Below, piece after piece: positions 36,601 through 50,354 of a stretch of DNA of 64,000 nucleotides (within the stretch, counting starts at the first letter, position 1; the number at the start of each line of letters is the position of its first letter). The stretch spans positions 124,001 to 188,000 of the forward strand of contig NW_027139268.1 in assembly GCF_035084215.1 (NCBI RefSeq), in the 5' to 3' direction. The stretch comes from Heptranchias perlo. Lineage: Eukaryota. Made by a program: the position numbers and the translations under genes. Under the pieces are notes generated by a model. That model was not told the origin of the DNA. It saw only the letters and a list, made by a program, of their open reading frames with translations, and searched no databases.

Positions 36601-39600
36601 CCTCCTTCTCCCACCTCTACCCTCGCCTCCTTCTCCCTCCTCTACGCTCGCCTCCTTCTCCCAACTCTACCCTCGCCTCCTTCTCCCACCTCTACCCTCG
36701 CCTCCTTCTCCCACCTCTACCCTCGCCTCCTTCTCCCAACTCTACGCTCGCCTCCTTCTCCCTCCTCTACGCTCGCCTCCTTCTCCCACCTCTCCCCTCG
36801 CCTCCTTCTCCCACCTCTACCCTCGCCTCCTTCTCCCACCTCTACCCTCGCCTCCTTCTCCCACCTCTACCCTCGCCTCCTTCTCCCACCTCTACGCTCG
36901 GCTTCTTCTCCCACCTCTACCCTCGCCTCCTTCTCCCACCTCCACCGTCGCCTCCTTCTCCCACCTCGACCCTCGCCTCCTTCTCCCACCTCTACCCTCG
37001 CCTCCTTCTCCCACCTCTACCCTCGCTTCCTTCTCCGACCTCTACCCTCGCCTCCTTCTCCCACCTCTGCCCTCGCCTCCTTCTCCCACCTCTGCCCTCG
37101 CCTCCTTCTCCCACCTCTACCCTCGCCTCCTTCTCCCACCTCTACGCTCGCCTCCTTCTCCCACCTCTACCCTCGCCTCCTTCTCCCACCTCTACCCTCG
37201 CCCCCTTCTCCCACCTCTACCCTCGCCTCCTTCTCCCAACTCTACCCTCGCCCCCTTCTCCCACCTCCACCCTCGCCTCCTTCTCCCACCTCTACCCTCG
37301 CCTCCTTCTCCCACCTCTACCCTCGCCTCCTTCTCCCAACTCTACCCTCGCCTCCTTCTCCCACCTCTACCCTCGCCTCCTTCTCCCACCTCTACCCTCG
37401 CCTCCTTCTCCCAACTCTACCCTCGCCTCCTTCTCCCACCTCTACCCTCGCCTCCTTCTCCCACCTCTACCCTCGCCTCCTTCTCCCATCTCTACCCTCG
37501 CCTCCTTCTCCCACCTCTTCCCTCGCCTCCTTCTCCGATCTCTACCCTTGACTCCCTCTCCCACCTCTACCCTCGCCTCCTTCTCCCACCTCTACCCTCG
37601 CCTCCTTCTCCCACCTCTACCCTCGCGTCCTTCTCCCACCTCTACCCTCGCCTCCTTCTCCCACCTCTACCCTCGCGTCCTTCTCCCACCTCTACACTCG
37701 CCTCCCTCTCCCACCTCTACCCTCGCCTCCTTCTCCCACCTCGACCCTCGCCTCCTTCTCCCACCTCTACCCTCGCCTCCTTCTCCCACCTCTACCCTCG
37801 CCTCCTTCTCCCACCTCCACCCTCGCCTCCTTCTCCCACCTCCACCCTCGCCTCCTTCTCCCAACTCTACCCTCGCCTCCTTCTCCCACCTCTACACTCG
37901 CCTCCCTCTCCCACCTCTACCCTCGCCTCCTTCTCCCACCTCTACCATCGCCTCCTTCTCCCACCTCTACCCTCGCCTCTTCTCCCAACTCTACCCTCGC
38001 CTCCTTCTCCCACCTCTACCCTCGCCTCCTTCTCCCACCTCTACCCTCGCCTCCTTCTCCCAACTCTACCCTCGCCTCCTTCTCCCACCTCTACCCTCGC
38101 CTCCTTCTCCCAACTCTACCCTCGCCTCCTTCTCTCACCTCTCCGCTCGCCTCCTTCTCCCACCTCTACCCTCGCCTCCTTCTACCTCCTCCACGCTCGA
38201 CCCCCTCTCCCAACTCTACCCTCGCCTCCTTCTCCCACCTCTACCCTCGCCTCCTTCTCCCACCTCTCCCCTCGCCTCCTTCTCCCACCTCTACCCTCGC
38301 CTCCTTCTCCCACCTCTACGCTCGCCTCCTTCTCCCACCTCTACCCTCGCCTCCTTCTCCCACCTCTACCCTCGCCTCCTTCTCCCACCTCTCCCCTCGC
38401 CTCCTTCTCCCACCTCTACCCTCGCCTCCTTCTCCCACCTCTACGCTCGCCTCCTTCTCCCACCTCTCCCCTCGCCTCCTTCTCCCACCTCTACCCTCGC
38501 CTCCTTCTCCCACCTCTACCCTCGCCTCCTTCTCCCTCCTCTACGCTCGCCTCCTTCTCCCAACTCTACCCTCGCCTCCTTCTCCCACCTCTACCCTCGC
38601 CTCCTTCTCCCACCTCTACCCTCGCCTCCTTCTCCCACCTCTACCCTCGCCTCCTTCTCCCACCTCTACCCTCGCCTCCTTCTCCCACCTCTACCCTCGC
38701 CTCCTTCTCCCACCTCTACCCTCGCCTCCTTCTCCCACCTCTCCCCTCGCCTCCCTCTCCCACCTCTACGCTCGCCTCCTTCTCCCTCCTCTACGCTCGC
38801 CTCCTTCTCCCACCTCTCCCCTCGCCTCCTTCTCCCACCTCTACCCTCGCCTCCTTCTCCCACCTCTACCCTCGCCTCCTTCTCCCACCTCCACCATCAC
38901 CTCCTTCTCCCACCTCTACCCTCGCCTCCTTCTCCCACCTCTACGCTCGCCTCCTTCTCCCACCTCTACCCTCGCCTCCTTCTCCCACCTCCACCCTCGC
39001 CTCCCTCTCCCACCTCTCCCCTCGCCTCCTTCTCCCACCTCTACCCTCGCCTCCTTCTCCCACCTCTACCCTCGCCTCCCTCTCCCACCTCTACGCTCGC
39101 CTCCTTCTCCCTCCTCTACGCTCGCCTCCTTCTCCCACCTCTCCCCTCGCCTCCTTCTCCCACCTCTACCCTCGCCTCCTTCTCCCACCTCTACCCTCGC
39201 CTCCTTCTCCCACCTCCACCCTCGCCTCCTTCTCCCACCTCTACCCTCGCCTCCTTCTCCCACCTCTACCCTCGCCTCCTTCTCCCACCTCTCCCCTCGC
39301 CTCCCTCTCCCACCTCTACGCTCGCCTCCTTCTCCCTCCTCTACCCTCGCCTCCTTCTCCCACCTCCACCCTCGCCTCCTTCTCCCACCTCTACCCTCGC
39401 CTCCTTCTCCCACCTCTACCCTCGCCTCCTTCTCCCACCTCTCCCCTCGCCTCCCTCTCCCACCTCTACGCTCGCCTCCTTCTCCCACCTCTACCCTCGC
39501 CTCCTTCTCCCACCTCCACCCTCGCCTCCCTCTCCCACCTCTCCCCTCGCCTCCTTCTCCCACCTCTACCCTCGCCTCCTTCTCCCACCTCTACCCTCGC

Positions 39601-42600
39601 CTCCCTCTCCCACCTCTACGCTCGCCTCCTTCTCCCTCCTCTACGCTCGCCTCCTTCTCCCACCTCTCCCCTCGCCTCCTTCTCCCACCTCTACCCTCGC
39701 CTCCTTCTCCCACCTCTACCCTCGCCTCCTTCTCCCACCTCCACCCTCGCCTCCTTCTCCCACCTCTACCCTCGCCTCCTTCTCCCACCTCTACGCTCGC
39801 CTCCTTCTCCCACCTCTCCCCTCGCCTCCTTCTCCCACCTCCACCCTCGCCTCCTTCTCCCACCTCTACCCTCGCCTCCTTCTCCCACCTCTACCCTCGC
39901 CTCCTTCTCCCACCTCTACGCTCGCCTCCTTCTCCCACCTCTACCCTCGCCTCCTTCTCCCACCTCTACCCTCGCCTCCTTCTCCCACCTCTACCCTCGC
40001 CTCCTTCTCCCACCTCCACCCTCGCCTCCTTCTCCCACCTCTACCCTCGCCTCCTTCTCCCACCTCTACCCTCGCCTCCTTCTCCCACCTCCACCCTCGC
40101 CTCCTTCTCCCACCTCTACCCTCGCTTCCTTCTCCGACCTCTACCCTCGCCTCCTTCTCCCACCTCTACCCTCGCCTCCTTCTCCCACCTCTACCCTCGC
40201 CTCCTTCTCCCACCTCTACACTCGCCTCCTTCTCCCACCTCTACCCTCGCCTCCTTCTCCCACCTCCACCCTCGCCTCCTTCTCCCACCTCTACCCTCGC
40301 CTCCTTCTCCCACCTCTACCCTCGCCTCCTTCTCCCACCTCCACCCTCGCCTCCTTCTCCCACCTCTGCCCTCGCCTCCTTCTCCCACTTCTACCCTCGC
40401 CTCCTTCTCCCACCTCTACCCTCGCTTCCTTCTCCGACCTCTACCCTCGCCTCCTTCTCCCACCTCTACCCTCGCCTCCTTCTCCCACCTCTACCCTCGC
40501 CTCCTTCTCCCACCTCTACCCTCGCCTCCTTCTCCCACCTCTACGCTCGCCTCCTTCTCCCACCTCTACCCTCGCCTCCTTTTCCCAACTCTACCCTCGC
40601 CTCCTTCTCCCACCTCTACCCTCGCCTCCTTCTCCCACCTCTCCCCTCGCCTCCTTCTCCCACCTCCACCCTCGCCTCCTTCTCCCACCTCTACCCTCGC
40701 CCCCTTCTCCCACCTCTACCCTCGCCTCCTTCTCCCAACTCTACCCTCGCCCCCTTCTCCCACCTCCACCCTCGCCTCCTTCTCCCACCTCTACCCTCGC
40801 CTCCTTCTCCCACCTCTACCCTCGCCTCCTTCTCCCAACTCTACCCTCGCCTCCTTCTCCCACCTCTACCCTCGCCTCCTTCTCCCACCTCTACCCTCGC
40901 CTCCTTCTCCCAACTCTACCCTCGCCTCCTTCTGCCACTTATACTCTCGCCTCCTTCTCCCATCTCTACCCTCGCCTCCCTCTCCCACCTCTACCCTGAC
41001 CTCCTTCTCCCACCTCTACCCTCGCCTCCTTCTCCCTCCTCCACCCTCGCCTCCTTCTCCCAACTCTACCCTCGCCTCCTTCTCCCACCTCTACCCTCGC
41101 CTCCTTCTCCCTCCTCCACCCTCGCCTCCTTCTCCCAACTCTACCCTCGCCTCCTTCTCCCACCTCTACCCTCGCCTCCTTCTCCCTCCTCTACCCTCGC
41201 CTCCTTCTCCCTCCTCCACCCTCGCCTCCTTCTCCCAACTCTACCCTCGCCTCCTTCTCCCACCTCTACCCTCGCCTCCTTCTCCCAACTCTACCCTCGC
41301 CTCCTTCTCCCACCTCTACCCTCGCCTCCTTCTCCCAACTCTACCCTCGCCTCCTTCTCCCACCTCTACCCTCGCCTCTTTCTCCCACCTCTACCCTCGC
41401 CTCTTTCTCCCACCTCTACCCTCGCCTCCTTCTCCCACCTCTACGCTCGCCTCCTTCTTCCACCTCTACCCTCGCCTCCTTCTTCCACCTCTACCCTCGC
41501 CTCCTTCTCCCACCTCCACACTCGCCTCCTTCTCCCACCTCCACCCTCGCCTCCATCTCCCAGCTCCACCCTCGCCTCCTTCTCCCTCCTCTCCCCTCGC
41601 CTACTTCTCCCGCCTCCGCCCTCGCCTCCTTCTCCCACCTCCACCCTCGCCTCCTTCTCCCACCTCTACCCTCGCCTCCTTCTCCCTCCTCTCCCCTCGC
41701 CTCCTTCTCCCACCTCCACCCTCGCCTCCTTCTCCCACCTCTACCCTCGCCTCCTTCTCCCACCTCTACCCTCGCCTCCTGCTCCAACCTCTACCCTCGC
41801 CTCCTTCTCCCACGTCGATCCTCGCCTCCTTCTCCCACCTCTACCCTCGCCTCCTTCTCCCACCTCTACCCTCGCCTCCTTCTCCCACCTCTACGCTCGC
41901 CTCCTTCTCCCACCTCTACCCTCGCCTCCTTCTCCCACCTCTACCCTCGCCTCCTTCTCCCACCTCTACCCTCGCCTCCTTCTCCCACCTCTACGCTCGC
42001 CTCCTTCTCCCACCTCTACCCTCGCCTCCTTCTCCCACCTCTACCCTCGCCTCCTTCTCCCACCTCTACCCTCGCCTCCTTCTCCCACCTCTACCCTCGC
42101 CTCCTTCTCCCACCTCTACCCTCGCCTCCTTCTCCGACCTCGACCCTCGCCTCCTTCTCCCACCTCTACCCTCACCTCCTTCTCCCTCCTCTACGCTCGC
42201 CTCCTTCTCCCAACTCTACCCTCGCCTCCTTCTCCAACCTCTACCCTCGCCTCCTTCTCCGAACTCTACCCTCGCCTCCTTCTCCCACCTCTACGCTCGC
42301 CTCCTTCTCCCACCTCTACCCTCGCCTCCTTCTCCCACCTCTACCCTCGCCTCCTTCTCCCTCCTCTACGCTCGCCTCCTTCTCCCAACTCTACCCTCGC
42401 CTCCTTCTCCAACCTCTACCCTCGCCTCCTTCTCCGAACTCTAACCTCGCCTCCTTCTCCCAACTCTACCCTCGCCTCCTTCTCCCAACTCTACCCTCGC
42501 CTCCTTCTCCCTCCTCCACCCTCGCCTCCTTCTCCCACCTCTACCCTCGCCTCCTTCTCCCACCTCTACCCTCGCCTCCTTCTCCCTCCTCCACCCTCGC

Positions 42601-45260
42601 CTCCTTCTCCCACCTCTACCCTCGCCTCCTTCTCCCTCCTCCACCCTCGCCTCCTTCTCCCACCTCTACCCTCGCCTCCTTCTCCCACCTCTACGCTCGC
42701 CTCCTTCTCCCACCTCTACACTCGCCTCCTTCTCCCACCTCCACCCTCGCCTCCTTCTCCCACCTCCACCCTCGCCTCCTTCTCCCACCTCGACCCTCGC
42801 CTCCTTCTCCCACCTCTACCCTCGCCTCCCTCTCCAACCTCTACCCTCACCTCCTTCTCCCACCTCTACCCTCGCTTCCTTCTCCCACCTCTACCCTCGC
42901 CTCCTTCTCCCACCTCGATCCTCGCCTCCTTCTCCCACCTCTACCCTGACCTCCTTCTCCCATCTCTACCCTCGCCTCCTTCTCCGAACTCTACCCTCGC
43001 TTCCTTCTCCCACCTCTCCCCTCGCCTCCTTCTCCCACCTCTACCCTCGCCTCCTTCTCCCACCTCTACCCTCGCCTCCTTCTCCCACCTCTACCCTCGC
43101 CTCCTTCTCCCACCTCTACCCTGACCTCCTTCTCCCATCTCTACCCTCGCCTCCTTCTCCGAACTCTACCCTCGCTTCCTTCTCCCACCTCTCCCCTCGC
43201 CTCCTTCTCCCACCTCTACCCTCGCTTCCTTCTCCCACCTCTACCCTCGCCTCCTTCTCCCACCTCTCCCCTCGCCTCCTTCTCCCACCTCTACCCTCGC
43301 CTCCTTCTCCCACCTCTACCCTCGCCTCCTTCTCCCACCTCTACCCTCGCCTCCTTCTCCCACCTCTACCCTCGCCTCCTTCTCCCACCTCCACCCTCGC
43401 CTCCTTCTCCCACCTCTACCCTCGCCTCCTTCTCCCACCTCTACCCTCGCCTCCTTCTCCCACCTCCACCCTCGCCTCCTTCTCCCACCTCTACCCTCGC
43501 CTCCTTCTCCCACCTCCACCCTCGCCTCCTTCTCCCACCTCTACCCTCGCCTCCTTCTCCCACCTCTGCCCTCGCCTCCTTCTCCCACCTCTCCCCTCGC
43601 CTCCTTCTCCCACCTCTACCCTCGCCTCCTTCTCCCACCTCTACCCTCGCCTCCTTCTCCCACCTCTACCCTCGCCTCCTTCTCCCACCTCTACCCTCGC
43701 CTCCTTCTCCCACCTCTACACTCGCCTCCTTCTCCCACCTCTACCCTCGCCTCCTTCTCCCACCTCTACCCTCGCCTCCTTCTCCCACCTCTCCCCTCGC
43801 TTCCTTCTCCCACCTCTACCCTCGCCTCCCTCTGCCACCTCTTTCCTCACCTCCTTCTCCCACCTCTACCCTCCCCTCCTTCTCCCACCTCTACCCTCGC
43901 CTCCTTCTCCCACCTCTACCCTCGCCTCCTTCTCCCACCTCTCCCCTCGCCTCCTTCTCCCACCTCTACCCTCGCCTCCTTCTCCCACCTCCACCCTCGC
44001 CTCCTTCTCCCACCTGCACCCTCGCCTCCATCTCCCACCTCTACCCTCGCCTCCTTCTCCCACCTCTACCCTCGCCTCCTTCTCCCACCTCTACCCTCGC
44101 CTCCTTCTCCCACCTCTCCCCTCGCCTCCTTCTCCCACCTCTACCCTCGCCTCCTTCTCCCACCTCTACCCTCGCCTCCTTCTCCCACCTCTACCCTCGC
44201 CTCCTTCTCCCACCTCCACCCTCGCCTCCTTCTCCCACCTCTACCCTCGCCTCCCTCTCCCACCTCCACCCTCGCCTCCTTCTCCCACCTCTACCCTCGC
44301 CTCCTTCTCCCACCTCTACCCTCGCCTCCTTCTCCCACCTCTACCCTCGCCTCCTTCTCCCACCTCTACCCTCGCCTCCTTCTCCCACCTCCACCCTCGC
44401 CTCCTTCTCCCACCTCTACCCTCGCCTCCTTCTCCCACCTCTACCCTCGCCTCCTTCTCCCACCTCTACCCTCGCCTCCTTCTCCCACCTCTACCCTCGC
44501 CTCCTTCTCCCACCTCCACCCTCGCCTCCTTCTCCCACCTCTACCCTCGCCTCCTTCTCCCACCTCTACCCTCGCCTCCTTCTCCCACCTCTACCCTCGC
44601 CTCGTTCTCCCACCTCCACCCTCGCCTCCTTCTCCCACCTCTACCCTCGCCTCCTTCTCCCACCTCTACCCTCGCCTCCTTCTCCCACCTCTACCCTCGC
44701 CTCCTTCTCCCACCTCCACCCTCGCCTCCTTCTCCCACCTCTACCCTCGCCTCCCTCTCCCACCTCCACCCTCACCTCCTTCTCCCACCTCTCCCCTCGC
44801 CTCCTTCTCCCACCTCTACCCTCGCCTCCTTCTCCCACCTCTACCCTCGCCTCCTTCTCCCACCTCTACCCTCGCCTCCCTCTCCCACCTCCACCCTCGC
44901 CTCCTTCTCCCACCTCCACCCTCGCCTCCTTCTCCCACCTCTACCCTCGCCTCCCTCTCCCACCTCCACCCTCACCTCCTTCTCCCACCTCTCCCCTCGC
45001 CTCCTTCTCCCACCTCTACCCTCGCCTCCTTCTCCCACCTCTACCCTCGCCTCCTTCTCCCACCTCTACCCTCGCCTCCCTCTCCCACCTCCACCCTCGC
45101 CTCCTTCTCCCACCTCTACGCTCGCCTCCCTCTCCCACCTCCACCCTCACCTCCTTCTCCCACCTCTACCCTCGCCTCCCTCTCCCACCTCCACCCTCAC
45201 CTCCTTCTCCCACCTCTACCCTCGCCTCCTTCTCCCACCTCTCCCCTCGCCTCCTTCTGC
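24682..45260. repeat. 25-bp satellite, about 20.5 kb (about 800 copies), containing an N-gap at 26476-26610
   Basis: Unit CTCGCCTCCTTCTCCCACCTCTACC with point variants and occasional 22-bp units. Confidence 0.99.
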
Positions 45261-47879
45261 CACCCATTAATGGATGTGGTTTCATTCACGGGCTGTCTTA
45301 TGTTTATCATTCACCAATTCTAAGCTAATTATCTGATGTATATTTTCCCAGGGTGCCCTCATCAAGTAACAAGTTCAAAAGTGCCGAAAGTATTTCAACA
45401 ATTAACGAGATTTGATGTGGCCTCGAGTGACACTATTTGCATCGACACAATAGGAAGTCAGTTGCTGGGCGAGGACATGTCTCGACTTCACTTTAGTTGG
45501 GTGGCTGTTCAACCCTGTCAGTCTTCACCGTTTCTCATTCCCTCATTCATGTCTCAACATACCTCACTTTTTAAAATTTTATTCTTCTCTGAAAGACTTC
45601 ATACAACATAAGGCATCAAACAGAATAATTAAAACAATTAATACCATTATTTAAAACTTCAAGAAAACATGTGGATTTGGATGGGCAAAACCCACAACTG
45701 CTTCGAAGTGGGGCATTGTGGGGCCCAACAGCCACCTATAATCTCTCCCTAATTTTGGTGTTCACCGGTCGCCCTGAGGTAAAATGCCATGTTGACTGAC
45801 AGACCAGATATACGGTGTGATGCAATCTCTTCCTCTCTTTGAAGACGCCATGTCAGTTCTCCGAGTTCCATCGATCGGCCTGTGGAGAGCAGTTCGGGGA
45901 TTCTTCATCCAGGGTGAAGCCACCTGCTGGCGATGAGCTCTCCAGCACATCACAGCCAAATAGCCACTCCTGGAACAGCCAAAGGGATCTGGGGCTTCCC
46001 AGATGACATTCCCACTAACCAATGTCCTTGTTTTGTTCACAAACTTGTAACATTGTGTATCCTCTTCCAATAAGTCAATCGAGTTCATTTTGAATATTTT
46101 CATCAGTCTTTCACCAACAGATAGTGATACATTGCCACTGTTACAGGCACCATCCTTCAAATAATCTCATTCCGCTGTCTCTTCCCGGCATAACACACCA
46201 ATCGGAGTCTTTGCACCGTACACTAAACCATATTCCCATTTAATTTCCAGATTTATTCCAATAAAATTTGGGATCCAATTGTTTACTGATTTAACCCCTT
46301 TTTTGAATTGGATTTAAATTATCAGAAAACCTTCATACCCAATTCCCTTTGAGAGCAGTTGCCCCTTTCTAAAAACTGTTCACCCATTCCGGACAGCATC
46401 CATTGGCAAAACAAAATCATTGGGTAAATGTAAAGACCAAGAATATAATCCACCATTACAGTCAGAGTCCCAGTCCATTGTCACTCTCTATTCCTGGGCC
46501 GGTCGTCTCTATATCCCGGTCAGTCACATCCTGTCCAGTCTCATCTTTTTCCTCAATCGGATTTCGGAGATCTTGCACCAATGCTGCACTTTTGCTGTTG
46601 TCCGACTGCCTATTCCTTCCTCGTTACTGCCCACGTTGCGTGGCCAAGATGAGGGTGACAACCGCCTCCATAGAAAGACCAAATGTTCTATCCATCCCGA
46701 AGCAGCAGCCCTGCCCTTTTTGTCGGACTTGCACTGGTCCCCGTGATACCAGCTCTCCTGTAATTTCCTTCCCCGTTTTTGCATGGCCAAGCTCATTTTC
46801 AGTTTCTCCCAATTTATCCATAATCTCATATGGACCTTCCCAATTGGCTTCCCAGCCACCCCCCTGTTAAAGAATTTTCAGTGTGAACTGATCCCCTGCG
46901 GAGTAGCAGGCCCTTCACTCCAACTTCAAGAAATGTTCTACTTGTTTCTTGAGAATTTCATGGTCTTCTTGCAACGCCTGAATTTTTTGCTCATTGTTTT
47001 CGAATTTAAGCAACTCCTTTTCGAACTGGTCTTCAACTCTCTTGATCTTTCTATCGTTCTCAACAAGAATTTCCTGTAGTTCTGCCACTTGAATAAGTCC
47101 CTCACAGCTGTTCAACATTTTTGACCCCGTTCTTGAAGACATTTTCTGCATCTGTTCCAACAAACCTGCTCAGGGGTCTGAACCTGCGGCTTTTGCGCTT
47201 CAGTTGTTAAGTCTTTTTCTCTCTTTGCAGACTTTGTACATCCTCTTCGATGCTTGTTACATGAAAATGTTTGTCTTCTGAAGATTCTCCCATCAACTTT
47301 CCTTGGTTCTCTTTCTCTGAGATCGTTTTCTGCAGCTCGACCATCACACACGCTGCAGATGCCCATGACGTCATTTCACCATGAAGAGTTTGTATCTGAG
47401 CTCTCGTGGTTTCCTTCTGTTCCTAAAGATCCTGCACTCGCACCATCTGTGCTAGCTCGCTTTTGTTCTGCAGTTACCAGCTGCACAATCTTTTGTTCCA
47501 GGTGCTCTTTGTGCACCATGGTATCGGTGAGTTTGCTGTGCAAACTCTGCACCTCTTTTCATTGCCAATTTTACTTTGTAAATCTTGTCTTTGCAGCCCA
47601 AACTTCTGTTAGGCTTTTCTCATGCTCTGTAGTTATTTTCCTGAGATATTTCTGCAAATCCCCTCTCAACTTCCTCCCGCAGCTGAGTCTTGAGTTGTTG
47701 AAGGGTCTGTTCAGAGGAAACCTCCAGGTTCTTTTGCCGTGCCTCCTTCTGATGAAAGCAGCTTGTTTCCTCTGTAAATTCATTCATTAATCTGGCATAG
47801 ACCTGTCGTAGTTTGTTCAGTTCGACTGAGTGTTTGCTCTCCATTCGGATGAGGCCCTTGCTCACAGCACCTCTCAGGA

Positions 47880-48046
47880 TCAAAATCCTGGAACTCCCTT
47901 CCTAACAGCACTGTGGGAGAACCTTCACCACACGGACTGCAGCGGGTCAAGAAGGCGGCTCACCACCACCTTCTCAAGGGCAATTAGTGATGGGCAATAA
48001 ATGCCGGCCTCGCCAGGACGCCCACATCCCATGAACGAATAAAAAA
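47880..48046 (+). mobile_element. 5'-truncated LINE 3' end inserted in the coiled-coil ORF
   Basis: Matches 49456-49625; A-tail; flanked by GATC on both sides. Confidence 0.9.
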
Positions 48047-48898
48047 GATCCTATTTTCTTGTTTCAATGCTTCTATTTGATCTTGAAGCTGGTGAAACTG
48101 CATCTGGGTTTCATTGATATGATCCTGGTAGCTGACCTGTGGCTTGTTCTGCAGAGCTCCTGGTTCTTTTTCAAGGACACTGCGCTGTTGCCTTAGTTTG
48201 GTATCAACCAAGGTGGTTTTCTGCTTTTCAGTCACCAACTCCTGGTTCAACTGTTGTCATTTGAGAGAGTGAGACCTCATCTTGAAAAGCTCGAAGCAAC
48301 TTTTCTTCCTCTTGTAACTGCTGCTGGAATGCAGGAACTGGATCACATTTTACTCCAGGTTTCTGCCAAATACCTTGGACCATCACCATCACCAACAAAA
48401 TCTTTCACAATCTTGTTGAGGGAATTTTCCTCACCTTCCTTTGTCAGAGCCATCGTTCCCCCAGATGACTTCCCCCATCTTCTGGTAGAACTCGCTGTCC
48501 TCCACAGGTGGGGCTGAGGAGGTGGTAAACTTTCATCGTTTGGGTTCCTGCCTGTGGGCCCCACCTCCCTTAGCCCAGCACTCTCCCTCTTACATGTCCT
48601 GAATTGCCACAGTTACCACAGACCTTTTGCTGGCCGCATTCCTTTGAAAAATGCCCTTGTCTGCCACAATTATTACAGATGTTTCCCCCCCACCGTGTGC
48701 TCTCATCGGTCACAATGGCTACTGTTCTTTTCTGGGCCGTATGAGGTTGTAGGTCCTGATTGGACTCGTACCATGCCAAGAGGGAGGCCTTAATGTCCTC
48801 TCCTATCCTTGGTCTGGGCTGTGTTGTTGTCAATTCCATGGCATATTGGTGGAGCATGTCCTCGCAAACTGGGTTAACAATGTTTTGAGACTTATTGG

Positions 48899-49626
48899 TC
48901 ACCTTCCCTTGACATTCAACGCATTACCATCGCCGAATCCCCCACCATCAACATCCTGGGGATCACCATTGACCAGAAACTTAACTGGACCAGCCACATA
49001 AATACTGTGGCTACGAGAGCAGGTCAGAGGCTGGGTATTCTGTGGCGAGTGACTCACCTCCTGACTCCCCAAAGCCTTCCACCATCTATAAGGCACAAAT
49101 CAGGAGTGTGATGGATTTCTCTTCACTTGCCTGGATGAGTGCAGCTCCAACAACACGCAAGAAGCTCGACACTATCCAGGACAAAGTAGCCCGCTTGATT
49201 GGGACCCATCCACCACCCTAAACATTCACTCCCTTCACCACCGGCGCACTGTGGCTGCAGTGTGTACCATCCACAGGATGCACTGCAGCAACTCGCCAAG
49301 GCTTCTTCGACAGCACCTCCCAAACCTGCGACCTCTACCACCAAGAAGGACAAGAGCAGCAGGCACATGGGAACAACACCACCTGCACGTTCCCCTCCAA
49401 GTCACACACCATCCCGACTTGGAAATATATCGCCGTTCCTTCATCATCGCTGGGTCAAAATCCTGGAACTCCCTACCTGACAGCACTGTAGGAGAACCTT
49501 CACCACACGGACTGCAGCGGTTCAAGAAGGCAGCTCACCACCACCTTCTCAAGGGCAATTAGGGATGGGCAATAAATGCCAACCTCACCAGCGACGCCCA
49601 CATCCCATGAATGAATAAAAAAAAAA
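48899..49626 (+). mobile_element. CR1/L2-group LINE 3' fragment inserted in gag
   Basis: ILGITIDQKLNW...RAGQRLGIL, ending AATGAATAAAAAAAAAA. Confidence 0.92.
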
Positions 49627-50354
49627 CCCAAAAGGTGGGATTGTTCCTACAGTGCTCTGCACATTGGACGTGTCCCCAATTCTGATTGTACACCTTGAAA
49701 AAAGTCCGCAGGTACTGAGTCGGGCGCTCGTCCGCTGGTCCGTGGTCGAACATCTTTCCCATATCTGATACCCAACCACTTCACACACCAGCACTGTCCG
49801 GGCGTCATGTGCCTGGAGGTCTGGTCCGGTGGAGATGGCTCCCGCCAACACCACACTTGGGGGTAATGCAGCTTGGATCAATCCACCAGCATCTTTGACC
49901 CTCGGGGCATGGGTGCACTGCAGTGCCCGGACCTTATTTAACATTTGGGTGGGATCTCCCATACCCTCGAACTTGAGTACTTGCTCCCCAGTGCACATAG
50001 CTCAGTAAGGGTCAGGTCCCCATCGACCTGCTGATCCTCATAATTAGTGTGTCGTTCGTCCTGTGGACACATCTGTGTCCCCTCTAACCCCGACTCGTTT
50101 AGTTACAATAGGAGCCATCCCCACACCCCCCAGGTGAGACCAGGTACGGCCAGACACGTAATTTACATTACTTTCACCGGTACTACTAGCGCTAATACTG
50201 GACAGAGGGCTTGACCCTTGACTGTTACCATTCTCCTCCTCCTGTTTGTGTCCCTTTGATCCCCTTCCTCCCATCACTGGGTGGCGTCCTCCCCACTGTA
50301 CACTGAACCGGACTCCACTCCGTCCCTGTGTTCAAGGGACGGGGTCCTCCTCAG

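Larger units (their letters stand above)
45270..50350 (-). mobile_element. Decayed LTR-retroelement/ERV-like relic: gag with zinc knuckles, long coiled-coil ORF, possible integrase C-terminus; no PR/RT seen
   Basis: CNNCGRQGHFSKEC plus a degenerate CGNCGNSGH at about 48680-48595; coiled-coil fragments at 48300-46915; KLQESWYHG/GPVQV at about 46760-46725. Confidence 0.55.

Noticed and set aside
24649-43124. Giant ORFs of 2701, 5442 and 1858 aa (Pro/Ser/Leu-rich, extensin- or mucin-like)
   Set aside because: The 25-bp unit has no stop codon on the + strand and is not a multiple of 3, so all frames give the same peptide. Two of the ORFs also span an N-gap.
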